Of a DNA stretch of 64,000 nt, positions 9,309-21,282 are shown in pieces. Below the pieces are notes generated by a model that saw only the letters and a list, made by a program, of their open reading frames with translations, had not been told where the DNA came from and made no database searches. Source of the stretch: Candidatus Eiseniibacteriota bacterium (GTDB lineage Bacteria; Eisenbacteria; RBG-16-71-46); the NCBI GenBank assembly GCA_963744995.1, contig CAVUWA010000001.1, forward strand, positions 96,001-160,000, in the 5' to 3' direction. The position numbers and the translations under genes are program-made. Positions within the stretch are counted from its first letter, which is position 1; each line of letters opens with the position of its first letter.

Positions 9309-10709
9309 TTAACGGACGGCGCGCTTGCGGCGCTCGGTCAGCGTGGCGAGAACGGGGAGCTCGACGACTTCCTCGGCGTGCCGCGCGGTGCGCACGGTGA
9401 GGTCGAGGCCGTCGACGAAGAATGCGAGCCCGATGCCGACCACGATGCTGAAGGCCGGAGCGAGCGCGAGACGCACGTAGTCGAGAGCGTGGACGGGTCG
9501 CGCGGGACCGGCCGACTCGAGCAGCATGACGTTGACCTGCGAAGAGGTATTTTCGGTCACCAGCGCCTGGTCGCGTTTCTCGGTGAGATCCTGCTGGCGT
9601 CGCTTGAGGACATCGATCTTGCGATCCATCATCGCCAGCCGCGCGCCCGTTTCGGGCATCGTCTTGAGATCCGCCTTGAGGGAGGCGATGTCGTCGTCGA
9701 TCACGGCGATCCGTGACTGGATCTGGTCGACCCGCGCGGTGGCCATTTCGACGCGCCCGTTGAGCTCATGCGTGAGCAACTCCTTCAACTGGTCCAGCGT
9801 CTTCTTCGCGTTCACCACGTCCACGGCCTCGTCGCGTAGCCGCTCGCGCAGCGCGGCGAGTTGCGCCTCCTGATCCACCACCCGGCGCTTGAGGTCGACG
9901 ATCGACATTTCCTGCGGGAACATCGCCGCGAACTTCGCGAGATCCACGTCGGGCCGGTCTGCGAGGGACCGGATCTGCGAAAGCAGGGTCTTCGCCTCGG
10001 CGAGATCGGCCGAGGCCAGGCTGCGCCTGCGCTCGAGATCGGCGAGTTGACCGATCAGGCTGCGGTTCTCCTCCACCACGTCGATCACGCCCGAGCGGTC
10101 GGCGAAGTCGCGCCGCATCTCCGTCCAGTACTTGAGATCCGCGTCGACCTGCTTCATCTGGGTTTCGAAGAACTCGCGCGTATAGGCCGGCGTCAGATCG
10201 CGCTCGCGAAACTCGACGTAGGCGCGGATCACGGCGTTGCAGACCTTGCGCGCAACGCCCGGATCGGCGTCCACGTAGCCGATCGCCATGACGTTGCTCT
10301 TGCCTTTGACCTCGGCGTCCACCGCCCCGGGGTCCACGGCCAGCGTGTCGCCGCCGTCCGCCTCGGCCGCGAGGATCTCGCGGGCGCGCCGGATCACTGG
10401 CTCGCTCTTCACGATCTCCATCTCGGTGCCGAGTGCCTGCTCCCAGTCGTCCAGCCGCTGCCGGCTGGGCATCATGAGGCTCTGGCGCTCGCCGCTCTTC
10501 ACGTAGACGCCGCCCGCGGAGATGTAGCTCTTCGGCGTGGTCAACGTGAGCACGGCCACTGTGGCCGTGGTCACCGCGAACAGCCCGATCACGATCCACT
10601 TGCGCCGGAACAGGATCGCGGAGAACTCGCGCAGCGTGGTCTGGCGGACCGCACCTCCCGACCCGTTGCCGTTGCCACCCTGGGGTGCGTTGGGATCGTA
10701 CTGGCTCAC
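9309..10709 (-). CDS. Polysaccharide co-polymerase / chain-length determinant (Wzz/GumC/Wzc N-terminal part)
   Basis: LFRRKWIV then a TM, long coiled coil, second TM with GIGLAF...D, LPVLA; GTG start after AGGA. Confidence 0.88.
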   Translation of the reverse strand: MSQYDPNAPQGGNGNGSGGAVRQTTLREFSAILFRRKWIVIGLFAVTTATVAVLTLTTPKSYISAGGVYVKSGERQSLMMPSRQRLDDWEQALGTEMEIVKSEPVIRRAREILAAEADGGDTLAVDPGAVDAEVKGKSNVMAIGYVDADPGVARKVCNAVIRAYVEFRERDLTPAYTREFFETQMKQVDADLKYWTEMRRDFADRSGVIDVVEENRSLIGQLADLERRRSLASADLAEAKTLLSQIRSLADRPDVDLAKFAAMFPQEMSIVDLKRRVVDQEAQLAALRERLRDEAVDVVNAKKTLDQLKELLTHELNGRVEMATARVDQIQSRIAVIDDDIASLKADLKTMPETGARLAMMDRKIDVLKRRQQDLTEKRDQALVTENTSSQVNVMLLESAGPARPVHALDYVRLALAPAFSIVVGIGLAFFVDGLDLTVRTARHAEEVVELPVLATLTERRKRAVR

Positions 10710-10710
10710 G

Positions 10711-11478
10711 TCAGTTCCTCGCGACCACGACGTTGTTGCTGCGATCGAACAGTTCCCACCCGAGCAGCGCGCTGCTGAGCGCATACTGGGTGGAGCCGAA
10801 GAAGCTGCGGGCGAAGACGGCGATGTTGCCCACCGTCGACCGCGGCACGTAGACGATGTCGAAACGCGAGAGCGGCGCGTCCACCGACAGGTCGGCCGAC
10901 TTGATGGCCTTGTCCACCTGGATCCGCCTCACTCGGACCGTGTTCGCCCCGTCGCGATGGAACACGAGCACGCTGTTGCGTGACGCGTCGTCCTCGAACC
11001 CGCCGGCCATCGCCACTGCCTGCAGCACCGTCACGAACGGACCGGCATCGTACGAGCCGGGCTTACGCACGCTGCCGAGCACGTGCACCTGATTCCCGGC
11101 CAGCTTGGCGACCTCGACCACCACCCGCGGCTCGATCTGCTCGCGGCTCAGGAGGTCCACCAGGTCCTGCTCGAGCGCGGACGTCGTCTTCCCCGCCGCG
11201 ATCACGTCGCCCACCGGGAACACGGTGATGCGGCCGTCGGGCCGCACGAGCACCGTGCGCACGACGTCGCGATAGGGTGGGGTCGTGCCCGGGCCGAAGT
11301 TCAGGTTGAGCTCATCCCCGGGAACGATCCGGTACTGCGGCACCGAGGCCCAGTCGAGACCCACCGTGTCGGCGGGCGCCTCCACGGGGTTCTGGGCGGC
11401 CGCCTCTCCAGCGAGAGGTCCCAGGGCCAGAACGAAGGCCAGCGAAGCGATCGCGAAACAGCGAAGCCGAGGGTGCAT
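10711..11478 (-). CDS. Wza/OPX-family polysaccharide export protein with SLBB domain
   Basis: YRIVPGDEL, VRPDGRIT, VHVLGSVRKPG, QAVAMAGG, DIVYVP; signal peptide. Confidence 0.92.
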   Translation of the reverse strand: MHPRLRCFAIASLAFVLALGPLAGEAAAQNPVEAPADTVGLDWASVPQYRIVPGDELNLNFGPGTTPPYRDVVRTVLVRPDGRITVFPVGDVIAAGKTTSALEQDLVDLLSREQIEPRVVVEVAKLAGNQVHVLGSVRKPGSYDAGPFVTVLQAVAMAGGFEDDASRNSVLVFHRDGANTVRVRRIQVDKAIKSADLSVDAPLSRFDIVYVPRSTVGNIAVFARSFFGSTQYALSSALLGWELFDRSNNVVVARN

Positions 11479-11710
11479 GAAATGAAAAGATCCCCTGTTC
11501 CGGACGGGAATGGGGGATCCGTCGCCACAGACGGACCCCGAGGTTCACGGACGCTTGGCGGTGGCATCGTTCGCGCTGGCGCTCGGACCCACCGGGAGGG
11601 GCAATCGACTCAGCCGACCTGCCCCGAATGGTAACGAAAGGGCGTCTCTTGGAACCTCCGGACCTCGATCTGTCACAAGCCGCAAGTCGCGGCACTGCAA
11701 GGCGAAGGGA

Positions 11711-11740
11711 AGTATAGAGAGTGCCCTTGGAGCGTGTCAA
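11711..11740 (-). promoter_or_regulatory. Sigma-70 promoter of the EPS operon
   Basis: Minus strand TTGACA-N18-TATACT. Confidence 0.75.
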
Positions 11741-11923
11741 TCGCGGACTTCGCGACCGGGCTCCGCCCCTCCAATCACGCAATCGACGTGCCGGGACGGA
11801 CATCGAGGGCCGCAGGCGACGTGCGGGTCCGATGCGCGCTCCGGTCGGCGGGTCCGGCGGGAGGCGGCAGGCGGCCGGCGGCCCGGTGTCAGGCTGGCGG
11901 GCGGGTCGGCCCTGGCCCGGGGA

Positions 11924-12883
11924 TCAGGCGCCCGTGCGCGGGCCCGCCGCCTCGAGCACGGCGGCGCTGAAGAGCGGCAGCAGGATCTCGTGATGCCCGG
12001 TGATCGCCAGACCGCGTCCGCCCGCGGCCCGGGTCGGCCGCTCCACCAGGTTCACCCGGGGACGGTAGTGCTGGATCTGGTCGAAGTTCACCGTCGTGAG
12101 CCCGTCGAGGTCGGCGCCCAGATTGCGGGCGACCGAAAGCGCCTTGAGGAACACCTCGGGCATGATCACGGCCGAGCCGAAGTTGAGGATCGCCGCGCCG
12201 CGCGCTTCGGCCAGCGTGGCCGCAAGAATGCGGAAGTCACGCAACGAGGTGGCGCCGAGCGCCCCGCCGTCGCAGGCGGGGTGATGGTGGATCGTGTCGG
12301 TGCCGATCGCCACGTGCACCGTCGCCGGCAGCCCGAGTCGCGCCGCGGTGGCGAGCAGGCTCACATCCGCGTGCGGCGGCCGCGCGTCGCCGAGCGCACG
12401 GCCGTAGGCCTCGCCAAGGCCCTCGCCGCGCCGTGCGCCTTCGGCCATGGCCGCGTTCATGAAGTCGCCGGTTTCGTCGACCATGCCGAACCTGCCGGCG
12501 TGGAGCTGCGCCTCGACGTCCTCCGACGTGCGCCCCTGCCGTGCGATCTCGACGTCGTGGATCGCCGCGGCGCCGTTCATCGCGATGTGGGTGACGATGC
12601 CGCGCTCCATGAGCGCGATCAGGCACGGTGACACGCCGACCTTCACCACGTGGCCGCCGAGCATCGCCACCACCGGACGGCCACCCTGATGCGCGGCCAC
12701 CGTGCGCGCGATCGCCTCGCGCAGCACGCGTGCGCCGAGCTGATCGGGCAGCGCGGCGAGCACCTCGGCCGCCGCGGCCGGTCGCAGCGGCTTCGCGAAG
12801 TCGGCCACCGAGACGCGCGTCGGGCGGTCGGCGACCGAGCCGACCGCGAGACGCGAGAGGTCGGCTTCGCGGAAGCGGCTCAT
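11924..12883 (-). CDS. Conserved protein with deoxyhypusine-synthase-like features
   Basis: MLGGHVVKVG, HIAMNGAAAIHDVE, GRFGM, TVHVAIGTD, FGSAVIMPEVFLKA, GHHEI. Confidence 0.65.
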   Translation of the reverse strand: MSRFREADLSRLAVGSVADRPTRVSVADFAKPLRPAAAAEVLAALPDQLGARVLREAIARTVAAHQGGRPVVAMLGGHVVKVGVSPCLIALMERGIVTHIAMNGAAAIHDVEIARQGRTSEDVEAQLHAGRFGMVDETGDFMNAAMAEGARRGEGLGEAYGRALGDARPPHADVSLLATAARLGLPATVHVAIGTDTIHHHPACDGGALGATSLRDFRILAATLAEARGAAILNFGSAVIMPEVFLKALSVARNLGADLDGLTTVNFDQIQHYRPRVNLVERPTRAAGGRGLAITGHHEILLPLFSAAVLEAAGPRTGA

Positions 12884-13698
12884 CCCGCCGTGTTCCTGTA
12901 TTCCTGCAGCATCACGCTCACGGATCCGATCGTCACCTTGCTCTTCATGAGCACCGGCATGCGCCGTTCGTCGTCGGTCAGCCAGATCACCAGCCGTCCC
13001 TCATTGCGGAAAATACCGCCCGCACGCAGCACCGGTTCGACCACGACGCAGTCGAATTCGCCGGCCGGCACCTTCACGCGCTCGCGCCCGATGATCTTGA
13101 CCTCGAGCGGCTTGTTCTTCTTGCTCGCATGATAGTCGAAGACGATGCTGCCGCCGACCGGAAGGGCCTGATAACGGGTGTAGTAGAACGACGACAGCGC
13201 ATCCTGGACGTCCGGTGGCACCGGGTAGGTCTCGCCGTCGCCGTAGGTGGCGACGCGCCTGTCGTGGTCGAAGCGGATCTCGGTCTCGGTCCTGTGGCCG
13301 CCCTCGCGGCGATGCTCCTCGTACCGCAACGAATAGTGTCCATCGCGGTCCCACCAGGAGTCGATCCGGTTGCGGACCTTGTAGAAACGGCTGATGAACC
13401 CGTTCGACTCGGCGCGCGCCAGCAGGTGCAGCGCCGGCCGCCCGTCGATGTCCTTGACCTCCGGCACCTCGAGGTAGGCGTTGCCGCCGTTGATGATGCC
13501 CCAGTTCACCGCGAACTTGAGGTATTCCCCCGGCTGCACCGGGTTTTTCGGTGCCGGGATGACGTCCTGCTGTCCGGGCGCGGGCAGCATGACCGACGAG
13601 GTGATGTCCTCGTCGGCGACGTCGGCGCCGGGCGGCGGCGGCGGAATGGAGGCGCCGGTCGCGAAGATGGCCAGCAGCACCACGAGCGGAAGGCCCAT
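12880..13698 (-). CDS. DUF3108 family secreted protein
   Basis: GEYLKFAVNWG, FYKVRNRI, QDALSSFYY, VKVPAGEFDC, IWLTDDERRMPV; alternative start 13764. Confidence 0.85.
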   Translation of the reverse strand: MGLPLVVLLAIFATGASIPPPPPGADVADEDITSSVMLPAPGQQDVIPAPKNPVQPGEYLKFAVNWGIINGGNAYLEVPEVKDIDGRPALHLLARAESNGFISRFYKVRNRIDSWWDRDGHYSLRYEEHRREGGHRTETEIRFDHDRRVATYGDGETYPVPPDVQDALSSFYYTRYQALPVGGSIVFDYHASKKNKPLEVKIIGRERVKVPAGEFDCVVVEPVLRAGGIFRNEGRLVIWLTDDERRMPVLMKSKVTIGSVSVMLQEYRNTAG

Positions 13699-13823
13699 GC
13701 GGCGCCACTGGAACCCTGCTGGCCGGCGGTCTCGGCTGCCTCTACAATGCCGGAAATCAGTCATGACTCTCCGTGGTACGCAAGTCGGGTGCCGCGGATT
13801 CCGTCGCAGCCGATGAGGTGACT

Positions 13824-15035
13824 ATGTCGTCCAGCCAACCCACTGTCAAACCCATGCTTGCGCCATCCGAGCGACTCCTGAACGTGCCGCCCTACGCCCT
13901 CGCCAAGGTGTTCCAGGATCGCGACGAGAAGCTGCAACAAGGCGTCGATATCATCGACCTCGGCGTCGGCAATCCGGACCTGCGGCCGCCGCAGCGCGCC
14001 GTCGACGCGCTCAAGGCCGCGGTGGACGACCTCGAGGTGCAGAACCACCGTTATCCGTCCTTCACCGGGCTGCCAGAATTCCACGACGGCATCGCCGCCT
14101 GGTACCGGAACCGCTTCGGCGTCGCGCTGCAGCCGATGCGCGACACGCTGCCGCTGATCGGCTCGAAGGAAGGCATCGCGAAGCTGTTCCTGGGCCACAC
14201 CAATCCCGGCGACACCGTTCTGATGTGCACGCCGTGCTATCCGGCCTATCTGGGCGTCGCCGCGCTGGCACAGCTCGACATGGTCGAGGTCCCGCTCCTC
14301 GAGGAGAACGAATGGCGCCCGGATCTGAGCGCCATTCCGGAGGACGTCGCGCGCCGCGCAAAGATGATCTGCATCAACTTCCCCGGCAATCCCACCGGCG
14401 GCGTCGAGACCCGCGAATTCTACGAGCAGCTGCTGGCGTTCGCGCGCCGCTTCGAGCTGTTCGTGATCTCCGACATCGCCTACTGCGATCTGTCGCTCGA
14501 TCCCTCCTATCGTGCGATGTCGTTCCTCGAGGTGGATCGCGAGCGCGAGCGCACGGTCGAGTTCCACTCGTTCTCCAAGTCCTACTCGATGCAGGGCTGG
14601 CGCGTCGGATTCGCCGCCGGGAACAGTCAGGTGATCGCGAATCTGCTGAAGATCAAGTCGAACATGGACTTCAGCGTGTTCATGGCGATCCAGCGCGCCG
14701 CACTGGCCGTCCTGACCGGGCCGCAGGACTACGTGCGCGAAGCGTCGATGGTCTACCGCGCACGGCGCGACGCGTTCATCGAGGGCGTGCACGGGCTCGG
14801 CTACCCGGTGAAGCCGCCGCGCGCGGCGCTCTACGTGTGGCTGCCGATTCCGCCGCGCTTTCCGAACTCGCTCGAGTTCACGGCCGCGCTGCTCGACAGG
14901 ACCGGCGTCCTGGTCGCGCCCGGCAGCGGTTTCGGCAGGGCCGGCGAAGGCTACGTGCGGATCGCGCTGTGCGTCGCCGAGTCGCGCCTGCGTGAAGCGG
15001 CGGCGCGCATGGCGGAAGCCGACTTCCACTTCTGA
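13824..15035 (+). CDS. Class I/II aminotransferase, LL-diaminopimelate aminotransferase-like
   Basis: IDLGVGNPD, LIGSKEG, NFPGNPTG, SDIAY, FHSFSKSYSMQGWRVG, PGSGFG; ATG 13824 follows GAGGTG. Confidence 0.88.
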   Translation: MSSSQPTVKPMLAPSERLLNVPPYALAKVFQDRDEKLQQGVDIIDLGVGNPDLRPPQRAVDALKAAVDDLEVQNHRYPSFTGLPEFHDGIAAWYRNRFGVALQPMRDTLPLIGSKEGIAKLFLGHTNPGDTVLMCTPCYPAYLGVAALAQLDMVEVPLLEENEWRPDLSAIPEDVARRAKMICINFPGNPTGGVETREFYEQLLAFARRFELFVISDIAYCDLSLDPSYRAMSFLEVDRERERTVEFHSFSKSYSMQGWRVGFAAGNSQVIANLLKIKSNMDFSVFMAIQRAALAVLTGPQDYVREASMVYRARRDAFIEGVHGLGYPVKPPRAALYVWLPIPPRFPNSLEFTAALLDRTGVLVAPGSGFGRAGEGYVRIALCVAESRLREAAARMAEADFHF

Positions 15036-15080
15036 TCGGGGTGCCGCGCGTGCGAGCGCGCGCGGCGCGACCCCGCCTGC

Positions 15081-16373
15081 TCAGCGCTCCGCGGCGATGC
15101 CCATCCAGTCGTCGGCGCCGAGCGGTCCGTCCGGCGCGGGTCCGAGTGCGGCGACCGCGAAGCGCGACGGGTGGGCGAAAGTGCGCGCCGCTTCGATCAC
15201 GTTCTCCCGCGTCACCGCCATCACCCGTTCCACGTCCTCTTCGATCGTGTAGAACCGCCCGCGGTAGAGATCGTCCTGGGCCAGGTGATGCATCCGGTTG
15301 CTGACGCTCTCCTGCCCGATCAGCATGCCGCCGCGCAGCTGAGCGCGCGCCGACTGGACCTCGTCCTCGTCCGGCCCCTCCTCCACCAGCCGCAGCAGCT
15401 CGTCGCGGACCCGGGCGAGCGCGTCACGGGCGCGGCCGGGGGCGACCCCCAGCTGGATCCCGAGCATGCCGGCGTCACGGTAGAAGTCGAGCATCGAGTA
15501 GACCGAATAGGCGAGCCCGGCCGCTTCGCGCACGCCCTGGAAGAGACGCGAACTCATGCCGCCGCCGAGCAGGGTGTTGAACACGTGCAGGGCGTAGCGG
15601 CGCTCGTCCGAGTATGGAATGCCACGCGCGCCAAGGGCGAGATTGAGCTGCTGCAGGTCGTCGCGGGTCTCGTGGCGCACGGACTCGGCGATGGGCCCGT
15701 CCGGCGGCTGCGGCGACAGCGGCTGCGGTTCCCCGTCCGGCGGGCGGAAGGCGGCTTCGACCAGCTCGGCGAGGCGGTCATGGTCGAGCCCGCCGGCGGC
15801 GGCCACCACCAGGTGATCGCCGCGGTAGCGGCTGCCGAAGTAGCCCGCGAGCGCGTCGCGATCGAGCGCGTTCACCGACTCGACCGTGCCGAGGATCGGC
15901 TTGCCGAGCGGGTGACCGGCCCACACCTGATCGCTGCTCATCTCGGCGATCCGATCCTCGGGGTTGTCGTCGCAGGCGAGGATCTCCTCGCGCACGACCG
16001 ACTTCTCCTTCGCGATCTCGGCGTCGAGGAAGGTCGAGCGGCAGGTGATGTCGGCCAGCACGTCGATCACGTCGGGCAGGTGCTCGGACAGCGCGCGGGC
16101 GTAGTAGCACACCTGTTCGCGCGCGGTGAACGCGTCGAGATGGCCGCCCACCGACTCGAGGCTCTGCGCGATCATGCGGGCGTCGCGGCTCTCGGTGCCC
16201 TTGAACATCATGTGTTCGAGGAAGTGCGTGATGCCGAGCCGATCCTGAGGTTCGTCACGGGCGCCGCAGCGCACCCATACCCCGGCCGAGATCGAGCCGC
16301 GGTCGGGCATGCGCTCGGTGAGCAGGGTGATTCCGGAGGGCAGGATGGACTTGCGGTATTCGGAGTCGGTCAT
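15081..16373 (-). CDS. M16 family zinc peptidase (pitrilysin-like)
   Basis: GITHFLEHMMFKGT (HxxEH), LGGGMSSRLFQGVRE, GLAYSVYS; usual neighbour of pnp. Confidence 0.93.
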   Translation of the reverse strand: MTDSEYRKSILPSGITLLTERMPDRGSISAGVWVRCGARDEPQDRLGITHFLEHMMFKGTESRDARMIAQSLESVGGHLDAFTAREQVCYYARALSEHLPDVIDVLADITCRSTFLDAEIAKEKSVVREEILACDDNPEDRIAEMSSDQVWAGHPLGKPILGTVESVNALDRDALAGYFGSRYRGDHLVVAAAGGLDHDRLAELVEAAFRPPDGEPQPLSPQPPDGPIAESVRHETRDDLQQLNLALGARGIPYSDERRYALHVFNTLLGGGMSSRLFQGVREAAGLAYSVYSMLDFYRDAGMLGIQLGVAPGRARDALARVRDELLRLVEEGPDEDEVQSARAQLRGGMLIGQESVSNRMHHLAQDDLYRGRFYTIEEDVERVMAVTRENVIEAARTFAHPSRFAVAALGPAPDGPLGADDWMGIAAER

Positions 16374-16548
16374 GTGTCGCTCGTCGGGGAGCGGGATGTC
16401 GTACGGAGCGCGCGACCAGCGGGGCGGCGACGCCACGCCCGAGAAACGGACGAGTGGCGGGTCGCCCCGCCACTCGTCACGGATTCGAGGGCCGGACGTG
16501 GGCGACGGGGCATCGACCCCGCGCCCGGCACATCCGGCCGGACTTCGA

Positions 16549-18741
<2,193 letters not shown>

Positions 18742-18892
18742 CTAGCTCTCTTTCCTCTTGCCTGTGAGCCCGGCAGCCGTCCGGGCGATCGGATCGCCAC
18801 CCCGCGCGTTCGAGTTCAATGGGCGACGAAGCGGGAATCCACTCCCGCGGGTGCGTTGCGCGGGTCCACTCGGACCCGCGCAGGCAGGGCCT

Positions 18893-19162
18893 CTAGCGGC
18901 GCAGACCCAGCTCCTTGACGACTTTGCGATAGCGTTCGACCTTCGTGGCCTTGAGGTAGTCCAGCAGCCGCCGGCGCTGGCCCACCATGCGCAGCAGACC
19001 GCGGCGCGAGGCGTGGTCCCGCTTGTGCACCTTGAAGTGTTCGGTGAGGTACTGAATCTTCTCGGTGAGAAGCGCGATCTGGACTTCGGGTGATCCCGAG
19101 TCCTCCTGGTGAATCTTGAACTTCCCGATGATGCCTTGCTTCTGCTCTTTGGAGAGCGTCAA
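18893..19162 (-). CDS. rpsO: 30S ribosomal protein S15
   Basis: [13 protein letters not shown]...[28 protein letters not shown] start after AGGAGG gives 89 aa. Confidence 0.97.
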   Translation of the reverse strand: MTLSKEQKQGIIGKFKIHQEDSGSPEVQIALLTEKIQYLTEHFKVHKRDHASRRGLLRMVGQRRRLLDYLKATKVERYRKVVKELGLRR

Positions 19163-19348
19163 CGGCCACCTCCTGCGTACAGTGGGCAGCGGCCCAGCCA
19201 CCGAGTGCAAGCTCCTCGCGTGACCGAGCGGAACGGAAGATACGGAACACCCAGACTATGAATGCAGCACGGCAATCTATCACCCCGCCCCCCGCCGCGC
19301 AAAAAAACCGTGCGTCGGTTCCCGATCCGGCAGTCAATCCGTTGCCGG

Positions 19349-20272
19349 TCAAGAGGATGCGGTGGAAACTCCCGGCGGGGCGGCGGCCAGACGAATGCGC
19401 ACGTCCGCCACGTCGCGGGCCATCGCCGCCTTGAGCGGTTCGGGCCCCTCGAAGCGCTCCTGGCTCCGGATCCAGTCCACCAGCTCCACGGCCACCTCGT
19501 GTCCGAGCAGGTCGCCGTCCCAGTCGAGCAGGTAGGCCTCGATCGCGTGCGTGGAGCCGTCGAAAGTCGGGCGGGTGCCGATGCTCACCGCCGCCGGCCG
19601 TGCGGTCGGTCCGTGGTCGAGATGCGCCCACGCCGCATAGACGCCGTCGGCCGGCAGGAACTTCTCCTCGTGCAGACGCAGGTTCGCGGTCGGGAAGCCG
19701 AGCCTGCGGCCCATCGCCTCGCCCTGCACCACGTGTCCCGCGAGGTCGTAGCGGCGGCCGAGCAGCCGGGTCGCCTCCGCCACGCGGCCGGCGCCGAGCG
19801 CCTCGCGGATCCGCGAGCTACTGACGATGCCGCCCTCGCTCTCGAGCAACGGCACCGGCTGGACCTCGAATCCCAGGTCGGCGCCGATCTCGGCCAGGCG
19901 GCCGACGTGCCCCGCACGCCCCCTGCCGAGCGCGAAGTCGGCGCCCACCACCAGCGCTTCCATGCCGAACGGCTCGACGAGATGCCCGCGCACGAAGGCC
20001 TCGGGCTGGAGTCCGGCGAGTTCGCGGGTGAACGGAATGATCTCGAGCCGGTCCACGCCCATGGCCATGAGGCGTTCGCGCTTTTCGGGAATCGGCGTCA
20101 GCGGCGCGACCGCGTGGAACGCACGCGCCAGCACCACGTCGGGGTGCGGATCGAAGCTCACGACGACGGCCGGCAGGCGAAGCGTGCGCGCGGCGTCGAG
20201 GGCGCGATCGAGGATGGCGACGTGGCCGAGATGCAGTCCGTCGAAGACGCCGACGGTGACGACCGACCTCAA
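19349..20272 (-). CDS. ribF: Bifunctional riboflavin kinase / FAD synthetase
   Basis: GVFDGLHLGH, FDPHP, VSSSRIR, GFPTAN, GTRPT. Confidence 0.96.
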   Translation of the reverse strand: MRSVVTVGVFDGLHLGHVAILDRALDAARTLRLPAVVVSFDPHPDVVLARAFHAVAPLTPIPEKRERLMAMGVDRLEIIPFTRELAGLQPEAFVRGHLVEPFGMEALVVGADFALGRGRAGHVGRLAEIGADLGFEVQPVPLLESEGGIVSSSRIREALGAGRVAEATRLLGRRYDLAGHVVQGEAMGRRLGFPTANLRLHEEKFLPADGVYAAWAHLDHGPTARPAAVSIGTRPTFDGSTHAIEAYLLDWDGDLLGHEVAVELVDWIRSQERFEGPEPLKAAMARDVADVRIRLAAAPPGVSTASS

Positions 20273-21282
20273 TCGTCCTCCCGGCCGCCCGCCTGGCCCT
20301 GCCGGACGGCCCAGGGGAACACGACGTTGGGACGCAGCCGGGCGCGCTCCGGTGGACCGGCCGCGCCGAGCTCACCCAGCGCGATCGCGCGGCCGGCGTC
20401 GTCGCGCACCACGACCGAGCGCGGCCCGAGCCCGACCATGGCCGGATCGACGGCCCCCGGCCCCACCGCCAGCTCGGGCTGGCCGCCGTAGCCGATGAAA
20501 CGGCTCTGCCGGTCGTCCAGCGTCACCGTCGGCATCGGCAGCAGAGCGTCGTCGAGCCCGAAGCCGTAGTGGTCCAGCACCTGCTCGCGCGGCAGGGTGT
20601 CGAGCGCCCGCATCGAAACCGCCCGTTCGACCGAGAACGGTTCGCTGCGCAGCCGGCGCAGGGAGGCGAGTGCGGCGCCCGGGCCCAGCCGCGCGCCGAG
20701 GTCGTGCGCCAGCGTGCGCACGTAGGTGCCGCCCGAAACGCGCACGACGAAGCTCGCCTCCGGCAGGTCGAACGAGGTCCAGTCCCAGGTGACCACGCGC
20801 ACGCGCCTGGCCTTGCGCTCCACGGTCTCGCCGCGCCGGGCGATGCGATGCAGCCGCTCGCCACCGACCTTGAGCGCCGACACCATGGGCGGGACCTGGT
20901 CGAGCTCACCGACGAAGGCGAGTGCCGCCTCGCGCACGGCAGCCTCGTCGAGCGTGACGTCCTGCCGTTCGAGGACACGGCCGTGCATGTCCTGCGTGTC
21001 GGTGACCACGCCGAAGCGGAGCTTCGCCTCGTAGGTCTTCTCGCCCCCCTGCCAAATCGGGATGCAGCGGGTCGCGGCGCCGAGCGCGACGACCAGCAGT
21101 CCGCTGGCGCCCGGATCGAGCGTGCCGAGGTGCCCCGCGCCACGGTCGCGCAGCCGCCGGCGCACGCGCGCGACGACGTCGTGCGAGGTCACGCCGACCG
21201 GCTTGTCCACCAGGACCAGCCCCGACCACTCGGGGACCGTGCCGCGGGCGGGCACGCCGAGCTCGCGTTCGGTCGCGCTCAT
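20269..21282 (-). CDS. truB: tRNA pseudouridine(55) synthase
   Basis: DKPVGVTSHDVV, GHLGTLDP, QVPPMVSALK, SGGTYVRTLAHDLG. Confidence 0.96.
   Translation of the reverse strand: MSATERELGVPARGTVPEWSGLVLVDKPVGVTSHDVVARVRRRLRDRGAGHLGTLDPGASGLLVVALGAATRCIPIWQGGEKTYEAKLRFGVVTDTQDMHGRVLERQDVTLDEAAVREAALAFVGELDQVPPMVSALKVGGERLHRIARRGETVERKARRVRVVTWDWTSFDLPEASFVVRVSGGTYVRTLAHDLGARLGPGAALASLRRLRSEPFSVERAVSMRALDTLPREQVLDHYGFGLDDALLPMPTVTLDDRQSRFIGYGGQPELAVGPGAVDPAMVGLGPRSVVVRDDAGRAIALGELGAAGPPERARLRPNVVFPWAVRQGQAGGREDD

Noticed and set aside
11562..11577. TGGCAT...GC sigma-54-like spacing on the plus strand
   Set aside because: Poor -12 element, and it points away from wza toward the 3' end of a convergent gene
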